Positions 1-12,979 of a stretch of DNA of 64,000 bases are shown one piece after another. Location of the stretch: contig JAYWIR010000004.1 of NCBI GenBank assembly GCA_036172245.1, positions 248,001-312,000 on the forward strand, given 5' to 3'. The notes below the pieces were generated by a model, which worked only from the letters and a program-made list of their open reading frames with translations, searched no databases and was not told where the DNA came from. Source of the stretch: Raillietiella orientalis. Its lineage: Eukaryota. The translations under genes and the position numbers were made by a program. Numbering within the stretch: position 1 is the first letter of the stretch; every line of letters starts with the position of its first letter.

Positions 1-159
1 ACTGCGTGGTTTCGAAGGCAAAAGATAAAATAAAATAAAATGCGATTAAATAAAATGAATAAAAAATTGTAAGAGTGAGCGGTCGCTTCGTCACTCTGGC
101 TGCGAGCACTCTGGCTGCGGGAGATGACTCTCGGGGAAAACTGATACGCTACTATTAGG

Positions 160-3100
160 CAACTAAGGATGGAGGATCCCTCCAGAAAGGGAATCGCGCC
201 TGAGCTCGACCCTAAGGCAGGCGGAGGCGAGGAGATGGAGGGAAGGGAAAGACCATCGAGTTATCCTCTTATTTTCAGGAAGGCGGATCTGATAGCGCAG
301 CACTCCGAGAAGCCCGGCGCTCCACCACAAGATTCCGCGGAGATGCAAGGGTGGCGGACTCACCCTGACCCGCGGGATGCTGACGGAACAGACCCGGCAC
401 AAGTAGAAAGACACCTCCTCCTTCTCCTCGGTGCAACTCTCTTCCGCTTCTCCCCAGGCACGATCTGATGGGCTGTTTATCTCTCTGGAGGAGCCGTTGA
501 AGAGGCTGCTCCCTCCCTTTGGATGATCACGAGATTCCTTGGGATTGTCCCAGATAGACAATAGATAAAAAACTTCTTCTACAAGGCGCACGAAGGAACA
601 GAAGCGAAAGCATACCTGAAATATCGAAACAAGAAGCAGGCACAGGTCTGGAGCTTGTCGCTCAAAAGCGCACGGGAACGAAACACAGCAGAGTCCCAAT
701 GGCTGATGTAGAGTTACGCTCTTTGTGGCTTTAGTGAGGAGTCCAGCGTGGAGGGGAGGGTCGTCTCTTGGACAGAAGCTCCACGCAGGGAGTCCCTTGC
801 CTCATGCTGCCCCATGAAAACGGATAAAGTGCTGCTCAGGAAACAGAGGCTCCCTACACGTAGCGCGACACCATTCCTGCGTGCGCATTCCCGAAAGCAA
901 AAGGGAGCGGACACGAATTGTTTGCCTTTGCGGCTGAGCGAGAGGCAGCGCCGCCTCCCTGATCCCTCTGAGGGCTCATCCAGTGCGGACTTTGACCGAG
1001 GCCTCTACGGGCGTGTGAGGGTCGGTTTCCCGCCGCAGTCTCCTGCTGATGACCAAGACAACTGAGGGAACAAATAGTGAGTCCCCTAGGAAAGCGTCAC
1101 CAACGTGCCCTCGTAGACGGAGGGAGCCCGATGAACCTGTGTGCGTGAGCGTCGGGGTGAGAGCACGAGGCGAAGAATGCAGGCCATTCCCCCCTTGCTG
1201 CCCTCTCTCAAAGCGGACACAGCTCCACACGGGGGGCAGGGATATGTAGGTGCGCTGTCAGGATAGGCCCTTCTATGCGTGCGGCGGACTTTGGAGGACG
1301 ATCTGATTCCAGTCGAATTCCGGAGGCGAAAGTAGGAGAACGCGCAGAGAGGAAGAGAGAATGTGACAGAGAGGGTGACCCTGCAGCTGTTCTTCCTCCT
1401 AGTCGGGCAACAAAATAGGGATGAGGGTGAGATTCTTTTCTCCCCTCTCACTCCTTCCCTCGCGCTGCCGCTTTGATGGCCTCTGCCACTGCCGTCCTTC
1501 CGGTATCCACATCGGTTGAGTCGCCAGGCGCTGAGTCGACAGAAAGGACGCGCGCTCACCCATCGAGCCAGGAGGGTCTCCGTGGTTCCAGAAGAGGAAA
1601 TATGAGCCCTGGATCTCTTTCTGCCCTCCCGTCAAAGGTTCTCAGACTACTCATTGCAGCATCCGTACCTTCTCATCCTCGTCCTCGTTCTTCTCCAAAT
1701 GCTTCGGTTTTCCTTGCCTCCTCCCCTCCTGGACCCCTCAATCTGCTGGAGTCCACACACTCAAATGCAACAACATAAGCGAAAGGCCGTTGTCATCCGC
1801 ATCACAAGATGACTCGCTCACAGCATCGAGCTCACGCAGCATCTAATTGTCCTCCATCTTCATGCATTCCTGATCCCGCGAGTCCCAGGACTAATGCGCC
1901 CCGCTTACCGCCACCATCACTACCGCTCATTAACCCCTTCTCCGCTGACTCCGGACCGATCTGTCAGCAGCACGATGTCGAGCCCTATGGAGCCGCCCCC
2001 GGTAAGGTACTTTATACAGTGGACTATGTGGACCACTAGACCACTCTCGCCGCCTTCTCTTGGAGGCAGGAGATAGATCGGTCGCTCTCTGCTGGAGTGC
2101 CCCTTCATAAAACCTACTTTCGTCGAGAGGGACGCTGCAACCTTCCTCTCAATCCCTCTTCCTCATCCGCCTGAGGAGCCGCGCCACACCCGAGCAAGGA
2201 GCCTCCTCCTAGTCTCGTCTTCATGGTCCCTCGGCACCGAAGGGTGAGATCATCTCTGATCGTTCTTTGGCCCCTCCAAGGTGGACTGAAGAAGACAACC
2301 CGGTCTCGGATCGGAGGGTTAACCCCCCCGTCTCTTGCTTTCTTCCGAACTCTGCGAGTTATTGACCCTCTTCCTCATCATCATTATCCAAACAAATCTT
2401 CTGCATCCTTCTCCTCCCCTCTTCCTCCTTCCCGTCTTCATCACACTCATCTTCGTCATGTAGAAGAGGCAAGCGCGAGGGTTGCCCGAGGGTGGCTCTC
2501 CTTCCCCGCATGGGCCCCACATGGACCCCGCTGTCCTTGCTTACGTCTTCTCTCCGGTTCGGACCCCGCTGCCTCCTTTCCTAGAGGTGCAGAAGTCTTT
2601 GTCAGCCTCCTAGCTCCTCTGGGATCCCTAGAGTCGTGCTCCCTCTCCCCTCCAAGGTGTGGGGAGAGAGGCGTCGGGGAAACACTGAGGAAACAGGAAG
2701 GAGCAGGATGTGTTTGAACCTGGAAGAAACAGGCTTAAAGATCCAGGGGACTGGAGTTATGACGTCTTGGAGCAAGGAGAAGAGAAGCACGGAAAGAGAA
2801 GCCAGCAATGACTCCGGATTTGGAGGGCTCGGATCCCCTGGGGTCCTGAGGGCCTACGCTTAGAGAGAGAGTCTGGTCCTCCAAGAGCAGATTTCATAGG
2901 ACGGTGGCGAAACGGTGGTCCTGCGGGCGTGCCCTGAGGCGGTCCAAGGACCATGCTTCTCACCGAGAAGGGGATCGGCACGTCTCTGGTGGTGGCAGCA
3001 TCACCCAGGTTGCTGCAGACGCCGAGAATTTTGCTGCCACCCTATCTTCTCCCTTGCCTCACGGAGCGGGTGAAGCGAGGCGAACGGGGACCGCGAGAAT

Positions 3101-5560
3101 CACCCTCGCCCGAGGGGGACCTTTTGACAGGTCTCCTTTCCCCTTTTTCCTGGACTCGACGCCTCTTCGAGGTGCGCCACAGGTGGCACGCGGGAAGGCA
3201 CAAGAGAGCGCGCGTCTGTCTGTTGCCACATCGCCCAGGGAACTCCCCGTAGGTTGCCAGGATCGAGTCCCGTTTAAAGCCCTCTTCCTGCTTCGCTCCC
3301 TTCTCCTGGAGACCTTCCGCCGGAGCAGACAGGCGGCCTTTGTGACATTACAGGAGAGCGGTGCCACTAGAGTAGTCACCTCTGTGTCCTCGGCTATCGA
3401 CTCCGCCAAATGGTCAGCTCGCCAGCGCGCGTTGTGAAACCCCCCACGTCTCAACGGGGGACGAAGGTGAAGCCACCTTCAGAAGTGCGCAATGGTTTCG
3501 CCCTGCGAGAGGCGCGGAGACTGTCGTCTCTTTTCTCGGTAGTCCCCGGACCCCGAGCAAGAGGAGGAAGAGGTCTTTCGCTCGAGCCCTCTCCGACGCG
3601 CGCGCGCACGCCTATGCTTCCTCCTTGCATCCGCAATGCCCCAGCGATCTTCCGCTCTGGGTAACCCCCACCCCACTGAAGGAAGAGGACTTGCAAAACG
3701 GCCTGAATCTTTTTCTACCTTGGCCCTACCCGTTCGCCTCAGGGTTGGTGAGGGGAAGAGGAGGAGGAAAGAGAGAACTTGCGCTCGCCCCTGCTCGCTC
3801 GCTCGCGCGCGCATGCGGTGCATGCGCGCGCAGCGGCATTCATATGGGGCTGCGTCATTCCCGCACGTGGACCCCCCCCGCCTCCGAAGAGCTGCTGCTG
3901 CAGACGACGCCCGTTTCCTCCCGCGTGGAGTTCAGTTACCCCCACGCCAGCGTCGCCGCCGAAGGTGCGCACGCGCATCCTTGCGCGAGCACCTTCGGTG
4001 GCCGCTCTTTCGTACTCACCTTGGGGAAGGAGCCGGGAGGAAAGTCTCCGTGGATTATCGGACATTCCATCTGCGGCCCGAGCCTCTCCGGCCGAGTGAC
4101 CTTGACACCCGCGTGACTTCTTTCCTTTCCTTTTGCTTCTCCTTGTTTGCCCCCCGGGGAAGAGCGTGGGGCGCTCCCCGCGCTCGCGAAGAGGCGTGGC
4201 TGCTGTCGGACCGTTCCACCACGGCTCCTGTGAGGCGCGCCACTCGGGAACCTTTGGTTCCCGGAGTCCCCTTTGGACCTTTCCCTTACCCTTTCGTTCC
4301 TCTCCTTTCTCTCCTGCTTGAAGAACAGCAGAGACGCTGGAAACGGGACCAAGCCCCCCTTCCTCCCCTCGAGCACTCCTCCTTGGTTCCCCGTTCCTCC
4401 CCATCCTTATGGTTTCCTGTCACCTCCCACTGAAAGCGGATGCGACAGCGGAAGAGCCCCCTTTCTTCCTCCCTTCTCTCGGTTTCCCTGGGTGACAGCG
4501 GACACTCCTGAGGAGAGGGCTCTCCCTTCATGTGGTGTCGGGGAAGCGGAGAGGGGGCGCGCACAGATCATTCTGGAGATCAGCCCAATCAAAAACCGAT
4601 CTACTCCCACTCCATGTCCACCCCCACTCTTCACCGCTTGTTGGTTCCCACATTCGTGCTTCTCCTCCTGAGATAGTGGAGACAAGGACATTGACACCAT
4701 GCCCTTCTGCTCGCCTATCCTCGCACCCCTCCCGGTTCCTTCCCGTTGGCGGAGGGCTTCTGAACCGCGCGACGAAGCAGGTGCAGCAGTAGCATAGGGA
4801 GGGTCTCCACCCGCTACCAGGTGGGAAGCCTCGAAGGAGGGGGAAGGGCACCATTTCGACTCTCTTCGGCGGGTGTCCGGCCGCCGCTGCCAGCGCGCCC
4901 TCGGCCCTCCTCCGCGTGGCTCGCTCTCGTCCGGAACGCGTCCGCCCCCGAGGGTCGGCAAAAGGAAGAGGGCTGGGGGAAAGAGTCGTCCACTCTCCTC
5001 TGGGATGGCGAGGGAAGGCGAGGGGCCCAGGGAAAGGATCGAGACGGGCGGTCCCCGCAGAGGCTTACCGGGAGAAGGGCGCCCGCGTCCGAGGTCTCCT
5101 GGGAGAAGCGGCAGGTGCCGCCGCTCGGCGGGGGAGCCACCGCCGCCCGCCATTCCGGAAGCACGGCGCACCAGAGTCAGAGAGCCCCGCGGACCACCCG
5201 CGGATATCTTAAATAGGCGGGTGAAAGTGGCCCAGGTGAGCGCGCCGTTTCGCCTGTGGAGAGCGGGGACTGACCCGGGTCCGAGCTCCTCTCCCTCCGC
5301 CAGAATATTCCGGCAGGGGGGGGGGGCACGGGAAGGAATCCAGAGGTCCAGAGAGCTCTCCGGCCGGTAAGGTCGTCGAAACTCCGCCCGAGGGCGCGCC
5401 CCCCCTCGCCTGCCGCCTAGCCATCGCACCTGGAAAGGGGCGTCGGCACTCACCCATCCCTCCTCCCCTTCTCCTGAATAGATGTGCCTAGCTACCCTGC
5501 CCCAAGCTGCCGCCACTTCTCGACCCCTACACGACGTCACCCTGCCCTTCCCCTCCCCTC
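160..5560 (-). mobile_element. DIRS-like retrotransposon remnant L1 (RT, RNase H, methyltransferase-like and tyrosine recombinase regions, heavily frameshifted)
   Basis: Minus-strand motifs occur in DIRS order: LWIPSRAPPP (~5340, cf. GYxIPFxxxPPL); ATFTRLFKI..ASG (~5220, cf. GFYSRLFxVPKxSGGW); SCNVTKAACLLRR..GTRS (~3350-3260, cf. SDNTTAxAYIxxQGGTRS); LDL*ACFF (~2740, cf. LDLYAFPP); and recombinase-like FVRL..FYL, VSFYL and AFLK (~590-270). Matched by eye. Confidence 0.5.
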
Positions 5561-6099
5561 TCCCGAAGGCAGCCGTCCGTCTGCCCGGGTATGACTGACC
5601 TTCCTCCTCCGGACCCCGAAGGGATGGGACAATGGCGGTGGGATTAGCATCTGGCTTTTCCCCTGGGCGCGGGACCCTGTGGCGGACAGAGGAACAGCGG
5701 AGTCCTCTCCGGTAGTGGGTCAAGGTCCGGACTAGGGAAGCGCCTCTCCGAGGGTCACGCTGACCACGGGGTGAGGGGCTGGAATACCAAAGACCTTAGG
5801 GCGAGGGCCTGATGTTTCTCACCGGAGGAGGCTCTGCGGATATCTTAACCTCCCGCAGGAAGGGCCACCTGCTGAGTGCACCTCGGGAAAAAGAGGAGGA
5901 CGTCGGGATTTGCCAGATTTCTGGGAAGAGCGTCCGGTAGAGCAGAACGCGGCGGTGTCCTGGCAGCGAGCAAACAAGGAAGGGAAGTGGGTGGGATAAG
6001 GGCGAGGGGACGGGAGGTTTCCCTGCTTTGCACGCCCACCGTGCAGTCGGGAGAACTCAGGGTGACAAGCCGGACTCGCGCGTAGCCTTGCGCTCGTGT

Positions 6100-7050
6100 G
6101 CCGTGGGCGTCCTGGCCACGATGCTCGATACTGAGGAGAGCACTCCCTCAGGTCGTTCGCGATACCCTGACAGCGTCCCAAATGGAGTCCCAGATGCGTC
6201 CTCCTGGATGGGGTAGGCCACGTGGAGTGAGGATTCCCTCCTCGAGGGATGCCAGGTGGGACAGGTTAGCTTTGCCCCTTGGCGAAAAGGAGGCGGAGTC
6301 TCCTTGCTTCCCCCAGGTCCCCGGTGCGCCGGTCGTCCGGCGCACGGGGGACCTGGAGAGATTCCTCCTCTTCCTCCTTGTAGATACGCTTTCCGCGCCT
6401 GCCCATCCACTGGGAGGAAAGGACCGAGGTACCCTGAGGGTTCGAAGTGAGTCCTCTTGAGTCTCTGACAGGGAAGCAGCAGCAGTAGGTTCTTTGCTGC
6501 AGGCAGTCATCACCAAAAGAGACGAGCAAGACGCACTGATTTGTACGTTCGGATCCCCTGACGCCCCCAGGGGCACTATCGGTTTGCTCTCTTGCTTGGC
6601 ACCCCCTGCTTTGCTGCCGCAACCCTGAAGGGTTTCCGGTGGTTCTTGCACAGCCCCCTCTTGAGGAGTGGACGGAAACTGTCTATCCGCCCTCAGCAGT
6701 CTTGTTCCACCCGCATTTGCCCAAACCCTCCTTCCGCCATCCTCTCCTTCTTTTGAGGGAAGTCGATTCTCGTCGGCTGAGCCGTCGATTCTCGTCGGGC
6801 CAGCTTGTCGGCTGAGCTCCCCCCCCAACAGGGCGGGCCTGTTGGGGGGGAGCGTGTGTATCTCCCCAGTGCTTCACGCGAGAGGCTCGCCTACGCCGAG
6901 ACTGAGTGGCGACAGGTAACCTGGTAACCTGGAGCAGGGAGATTCTCAGGAGCGCCGCAACGGGAACGGAATCGTCGGAGAGCACCTTATAGGAAGCGTG
7001 CTCGGATTCTACAGAGGAGCGGCAGGCCGCTCCTAAATCCACACTACCCC
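6100..7050 (+). mobile_element. Harbinger/PIF (DDE_Tnp_4-like) transposase remnant
   Basis: SLLQAVIT..DLYV/FGSP (~6490-6560, cf. SIVLQAVVD..DxxVGxPG), ILVG (~6765, cf. LLGDSAY) and an IVxSTxG..RIL-like stretch (~6965-7010). It lies at the mirror position of the minus-strand Harbinger at 61.6-62.35 kb. Confidence 0.35.
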
Positions 7051-7216
7051 GTGGCCGCAAACAGCAGTCTCTCCTGCCATGGAGCTCGGCTTCCTCCTCC
7101 GCAGAGGAAACGGGCTCTTCCCTAGGCGTCCCTCGCGGGAGCCACGCCTCGACCCCATTCGCGTGCAGCTCTGGAGCTCTGGTTCGGCCCAACAGGAGGG
7201 TCCGTAAGTCCCTGCC

Positions 7217-7340
7217 TCAGACTGTGCCCGGCAGGCCGACATTCTTTCTGCAGGAGGGTGCACTGTGCGGATCGGGACGTCCGATAGGACCCACCCTCGA
7301 GTGCATGCTGAGGCCTCTCCGGCCCTCCGAGGCGCGAGGC
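7217..7340 (-). mobile_element. DIRS gag N-terminal Cys/His motif remnant
   Basis: RPDPHSAPSCRK in ORF 7217..7774 resembles the DPHxxCxxCRG motif at the start of DIRS ORF1. A matching HT..ASC/RGQ occurs on + near 61165-61195. Confidence 0.35.
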
Positions 7341-7489
7341 GCTTCCTGCGGCCACCGCCGCATCGCGGGCGGCTCGCGGACTCCGCCCCTCCTCGCTGCG
7401 AGACAGGTGGCCCCCGACGAAGGGTGTTCCGGCGCTCCGCGTCCTCGAGGCCACTGAGCCTCTCCCTCTGAAAAAGAACGGAGAAGACT

Positions 7490-9780
7490 ACGGAAGCAGG
7501 TGAAGGCGAACTGGTCGGGCGAAGGCGCGATATCCTGCCTCTCGGGATCTCCAGATGGAACCGGCGGCGGCATCGGCGGTCCTGGAGGACTCCTGCTTTG
7601 GTGACTCTGCTCGAGCGGCAAGGAGGTGCAGCCTTCTTTTGCTTGCCACCCCTGGGGCACGAAGGGGGGGAAAGTTCCTCCAGACAGGAGCATGCGTCCG
7701 AAGGTCCTCCGCGCCTCCTTGGCATCGTGCCCGGAGCGAAGGAAACGGCGATCCTTTAACGCCGCTGGCTGCAAAAGACAGGCGGATTGCGCCCTTCTCT
7801 CCTGTCAGCGGGAGGATTGGCACTGCTCCGCACTGCTTCCCATCCCGTCAGCAGCAGTAGCTGGATTCGGTCCAGGTCTCTCTTCTCCTTCGGGATTTCT
7901 TGGGAGGAGTGAAGCTCTCTTGGTCGAGCTCCCTTGATCTTTTCCGGGAAGATTCTGGAGTGCAGAATTTCCAACATCACACGAAACGCCTCAGCGTAAC
8001 GATAGTAACAGGCAGGATGGAGGCAATGATGGCATTGATGACGGCGATGAGTATCCCAGTGCGCAACGAAGACGAACTTCACTCTGCTTCGCTATTCGAC
8101 AAGGTGAAGGTCCACATCGTGACCAGCCCGTTCGCCTTCAAGCAAAGAGAGAGAAAGCGGAACTCCCTGGGATGAACACAAGCATCCTCCGCCGAAGCAC
8201 CAAAGAAATTTCATTGACGCCTGTGGACGTTCGAGGGAAGCAAGATCTATACCGGAAGAATCGAAGGCTAGCAGGAGAGGATGACGTCGGTGGTTCCTCG
8301 AGTGAAGTTCGCTGCTCGGTAGAGAAAGAGAATTTTTCGGAACCGGAGCGCCCAAAAGGAACAGGAGGGACGGAATCTCCCGAAGTCCCTGAAGGACTGC
8401 TTGCAACGTAGTTGTGCCGGTCACTTCCATGGACGCCGGGATCCTCAGCAGCGCCCTCAGCTGCTCGTCGGGAGTAGACTGCCACGCAAGGCCATCTTTG
8501 TCCCCGGTTGCGTGCGGCTGAACCTTGGAGTCCACCTCACCTGGAATCCGGTGGGAGCAGGATGGTCCGGGATAGGTGACTCCAGGGTCTGCGAACCCTA
8601 AGAACGTCTGGTGCAAGCGCAAGCCTAGCGCAGGATTGCTGGACGTCGGGACTTCAGAGGTCCTGACTCTCGGAACGAAGGACGAGGGATTCTCGCAGCC
8701 CTAAGAAGGGATTCTGCGGTCGCAAAAAACGTCCTTTCGTTTCGAACATCCCTGAAAACGTGGCCTTGGTTCATAGGGCCAGTGCCATCGTTTCCTCCTG
8801 CTCCTAGAGGCATATTTCACCAGACGCCCTGGAATCGTGAGCTCCGCCACCCCATCTTTGCTACAACGAGGATTCCTGTTCTTCAGCTGTTGATGTTCCC
8901 GAGTGGACGCTCTGTCTCGCGCCGACTGGGATGATGATCCCAGCCTCACGCACAGCCTGTCGGTTGCTGGTAGCCATCTGGAAGTCCCCATGTGAGGGGG
9001 AAATATAAGGTCTCTCTGGGTCATGCAGTGGACCGCCTCAAGGAAAGGTCAGACAGGAAGAAAAGAATCCCTGGAGAGTAGATGACGTTGTTCCGAAGGT
9101 GCGAACAACGTTCCAGGAGGAGGTACTTCCTAACCGGAGCTAGAACTTCGAAATTCCTCCAGACCCAGGTTAACCCTGATTTTTTCCATGACGACCACTT
9201 GCATGTGCTAATACGTTTCCTCGACGCAGGCTCCGTTCTTTCGTGGAGCCAGCTGGAAGATCCCTCTGCATCCTCCAAAGGATGAAGAGGACCGCCCCCA
9301 GCAGGCTGTGATGCCTTCCCGTGAGCCCTTGTCGAAGAGTTGAAATAGAATGCAGTGCCCCTTCCAGAGATTCAGTCGAAACGATGACAAAGCTGCAGAA
9401 AGGGGATGAAAGGAATGCCCCACCGAGGAAGCCACCATCGTGAGAAGAAATGCAGGTCTTATCCTGACATAGGAGACTCGAAGGACGGGTGCGCAGCCGG
9501 GGCTGGTGGAAGTCCCCGTTTCCTCGGTCTCGGCGACTCCACGGCTCTCTCTCGAAAAGAACGAGAAAGCGAAGCAGGCAAAACTCAAAAGGACATGCCT
9601 TCCGGTCAAAGTCGACCACCCGTTCGGCAGCCGCTGCGAGGCAAGCTGAGATGGAGGAACGGCGATCTTTTAGCGGATGGTTTCCTTTGTTGTCATTCCT
9701 GCGTGAAGAGAGCCAGTCTGTGGATGAGGAGATGGTCGGCTGTAGACTCCTCTGCTCCTGAGGGAGGAAACGGGGAGGGA
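7490..9780 (-). mobile_element. DIRS-like retrotransposon remnant L2 (RT to tyrosine recombinase)
   Basis: FCLLRFLVLF..PWSR (~9580), ALSSFRLN (~9385, cf. ALPFGLS), LEDA (~9270, expected YLDD position), KIRVNLG (~9180) and AAGSIWRS..FA..HL (~7560-7500, cf. the recombinase C-terminus AAxWRSxxxFAxHYL). Confidence 0.45.
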
Positions 9781-10369
9781 TCTGAGCTGCAATCCTCTCT
9801 TCACGAGCCAGAAGATTCGGTGATCTCATGTGGGTGGGCGAGAGAACACCAGCCGTGCGGCGGCGCTCGAAGCTACCCCGGGATTGCAAGATGGCGGCGA
9901 AGCTACGCTCTCCCCTCCCAGACCTCGGCCGGCGTGCACTCATCCGACAGAACTGCGCGGGTCGAGTGCTTCGCGACGGCGTGCTGCGACGGTGCTGCCC
10001 CTCTCGGGAGTGAAGGTGGCGCCGAAATAAGATGCCGCGAGGATCTTTGCAGTTTCCGTCGCAGTCGGCGAACCACAAGGCGTAGGCAATCAATGAAAGC
10101 AAAGAGAGAGGAGAGGGGGCAATATAAGGCGGGTGGGAGGAGTTTCTGGATGTATGTCGAAAGGATCACATGAGTTTCCGGGATACACGACAGCACGCGG
10201 AGGTAGGCGCGTTCTCCTTTTCGTTTCTCTCTCTTTCCAGCCTGAGGATTCCGGGAAGGCAGTCCCGACGGATCGTTCTCCGAAGAACGGTCCCGGAGGA
10301 TGCCATCAGCAAAGGGTGGGAAATTTCTGGAGAAAACGGTCGTCCACTGCCAGAGGGTGTTTTGAACCC

Positions 10370-10800
10370 ATGGGAAGACGATTCCGGCCGTGTGAGACGT
10401 GAGAGGAGAGCGCGTGGGAATCCTGGATCGCGTCAACGGGGATTTCGCTTCCCCGCGACTCCCGCGGTTCCTGCCGAAGTGGTCCGTTCTATCCTGCGGG
10501 CGCGTAGGCCTCAAGCCTGTGGGAGTCTGACGGTCGGGGAAGCGGAGAGATGCTCTCCGGAGACAGCGCTACTTCAGAACAAAGTCTCTCCGTCCTACGT
10601 GAAGAGAAAGTGGGGCCGGCATGGAGGTCGCTTGGGGCTTCCCTACGTGCTCTTAGAGGACCGGCCACGGATCTCAGCCTCTGCGCTTCCCGGATTCGAC
10701 CGCGTTCGCGAGGGGGAGGAGAGGTGTACCGGGAAGGATGAGGCAGGCAGGAGCGCTGGCAGCGGGAAGGCCCACCTTTTCGCTCTTCTGTAAGATCGGG
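10370..10800 (+). pseudogene. Possible histone H1 globular-domain remnant
   Basis: PAVPAEVVRSILRA..GS..YVKRKW..GRSAGSG in ORF 10170..10793 loosely follows the H15 domain (HPPxSEMIxxAI..GSS..KYI..GASGSF). It is adjacent to the core histones, but there is no clear Lys-rich tail. Confidence 0.2.
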
Positions 10801-11039
10801 CTCTCACCGTGCAGACCGAATCCTGCCGAGGTCCGGATGAAAGTGAAAGTGACCGCTGAAGTGGAGTGCCGAGGAACCCGTGCGCGCGCGCAGATCTCCT
10901 CATGTCCCTTCGTGGGAATCCTTTGGCCCGCAGCTGCTCCGGAGGGGCGTGGACTCCAAGGAGCATCCCCAGACAGCAGCGAGCGCTGCGGCAAAGAGAA
11001 GATGAACTCTCACCTCGCCCCCTTAGACACGCTGGAGAT

Positions 11040-11350
11040 CCCTTAGCAGGTCCCGCGACCAGTGGAGAGGAGTCAAGGAGACCTTCTGCGATTATCCGGG
11101 GGATGAAGCGCCCAGGAGGCTGGGCGCGCTCGGGAACTGATTCCCCGGGGCCAAAACGGGGGTGCGCTACCACTCTTGCGGGAAGAAATACGCACCGGAT
11201 TCCCCTGGACTGGCTCGTCAGAGCGCCTCTTTCAGCTCGCTCCCTCCAGGAAGGAAAGTGGCAGGGGAAGGGAGCGACTTGCTGCCATGCCTCCCGGTGC
11301 TGGACCACAGCAGTCCGCTCGCGTACTCTCGCCTCTGCTTTGCAAGAGGG
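11040..11350 (+). pseudogene. H4: Histone H4, frameshifted (error-ridden or decayed)
   Basis: Fragments in H4 order: LR..IRGMKRP..RRL/AR (11084-11135, cf. [20 protein letters not shown]), GPKR, EEIRTG (11182, cf. EETRG), LDWLVRA (cf. LENVIRDA), AAM (11281, cf. TAM) and RTL (11322). Confidence 0.5.
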
Positions 11351-11680
11351 CTGCTTCCTCCCCCTTGCAGCGCGGAGTCCCAGAGATGTCTCTGTCATAT
11401 TCCTCCGCGAGGACGTCTCAGATGCCCTCCCGTCTCCTTTCGCTCTCCCCAATGCATCTAGGACGGATGGGGCCGTACGGCTGCCTCTTCGGGCCTCCTC
11501 GCCGTGCGTCCAGAAAGGTCGGGTGAGATTCTTACCTCCTCCTCCACTCTCGCCTGCTGCTCGCTTTTTCTCTAACTTTCTAGTCAGCTCTCCTCTCCTC
11601 CTGTGTGGATGTGGTGCCCACTGCAAGCCCGGACGGAACCCTCGGTGCAGAGTAGGAGCGCCCTCGAAGGGGCGCTAGGA

Positions 11681-12066
11681 AAGGCTCGCAGGAAGAGAGG
11701 AAAGAATCAAATGTGGAGGAAATCCCGCCGCCTCACCCCGTCTGCGACTGGCTCCCATCCCCCCAAAAGGTCCCGCTGGGTCCAGCGCAGGGATGCTCCG
11801 GCGACTAACTGCAGCCAGCAGCAGTGTCGAGCCGCCTCTCTGCACCCACGGCCCACGTCGGACCCACTGCAGGCAGCTTTCGAGAGGGAAGGAGACCTCC
11901 GCTTCGCTCGGAGGGGAACCCGAGGGATTCAGGGCGCCGGAGCAATGGAGACGGAGAGACTCAGGGGACGAGGAGTGAAGCTCTCCCCTTCCTCGGAGAG
12001 GCGGACGCTCCCTCGAGAAGAAGAGCAGAGCGGCTCGGCCCGAGCCATCGGGGGGAACGCGCGTGA
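11681..12066 (+). pseudogene. H3: Histone H3, frameshifted (error-ridden or decayed)
   Basis: KARRK start, RRDAPAT (~11786-11806, cf. RKSAPAT), DLRF (11894-11905) and the exact H3 C-terminus RGERA-stop ending at 12066. The total span of ~390 bp is close to H3 length. Confidence 0.65.
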
Positions 12067-12319
12067 CCTTTTACCTGCCCACGGATCCTCTAGTGGCTCG
12101 GCCTCCAGTGAAAGTGGTCTCGCGCCGAAACGTCCGGAGGAATCCGCCCACGACGGGGGCGAAAGACGAAGAGTGGAACAACCGTCCTCTGGAGGGGTAA
12201 GAGACTTTCGTTCTCCAAAGGCTGGAGGGAGCGCGGCTGCGCCCGCCTTCGGTGCTGTGGAATCCCTGGAAGCGTGCGGGCAGAGTGGAGAACCCATGCA
12301 CTCGGGCGGCCGGCCTAGC

Positions 12320-12745
12320 GGGACTCGTGGAGCTTTTGCCTCTGGGAGCCTACGGAATGCTTGCGTCCTCAGCAACTCTTCCTGGTGTGCCTCCTTCTCC
12401 CCTCCCCCTTCCTCACCCTTCTTCCCGAGCAGCCCGTGCGTCTGCGTCGGCGACTGCAGCGGCCAGAGCGCCTTGGCGTGAGGCCGCAGAGCGCCGCTGC
12501 CGCCGCACGTACCCCACCCCACTTCCCGCTCTAAATATAGCGCGCCAGGTTTATTTTTAAGAGGATGGTCGCCTCGGCGCTCGATTTGGCTCCGGGTTGC
12601 GAACCGGAAGACCTCGGCGGCGACGGCTGTGATTGTTGCAATTCCTTCGACCTTCAGTGGTCTCACGGCAGAGAGGCGCAGAGTTCGTTTCCTCGCCAAG
12701 GAAGATCGTCGCTGCCCTTGCTTCGCCTCCCCCTGGGGAGACACG
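12320..12745 (-). pseudogene. H2A: Histone H2A, frameshifted mirror copy
   Basis: GEAKQGQRRSSLA (cf. GKAKAKAKSRSSRA) and AVAAEVFRFA (12600-12628, cf. YLAAEVLELA). There is patchy nucleotide similarity (ctggcc, agttgctg, ggctc..gagg..gctcc) to the clean H2A at 55955-56077, at the expected mirror position. Confidence 0.45.
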
Positions 12746-12979
12746 TGCGCGCGCGCCGGAAGCGAGAAAGGCCTCGAGATTTCGCAGGGCACATAGCCTC
12801 CTCTCGAAGGAAGCGGGGAAGCAGGGTGCCCCGGTGCGGCGGCGGCCCCTTGGCAAGGATGCAGCCGCCGTCGACCTGGACGGGGCTCCCAGCATCCCCG
12901 ATGACCTTCCTCCAAGTCACGCGGATCGCACCGAGAGCCGCTAACCAACTCCTCCCAGCCTGAAGGACGGGATTCCCAC

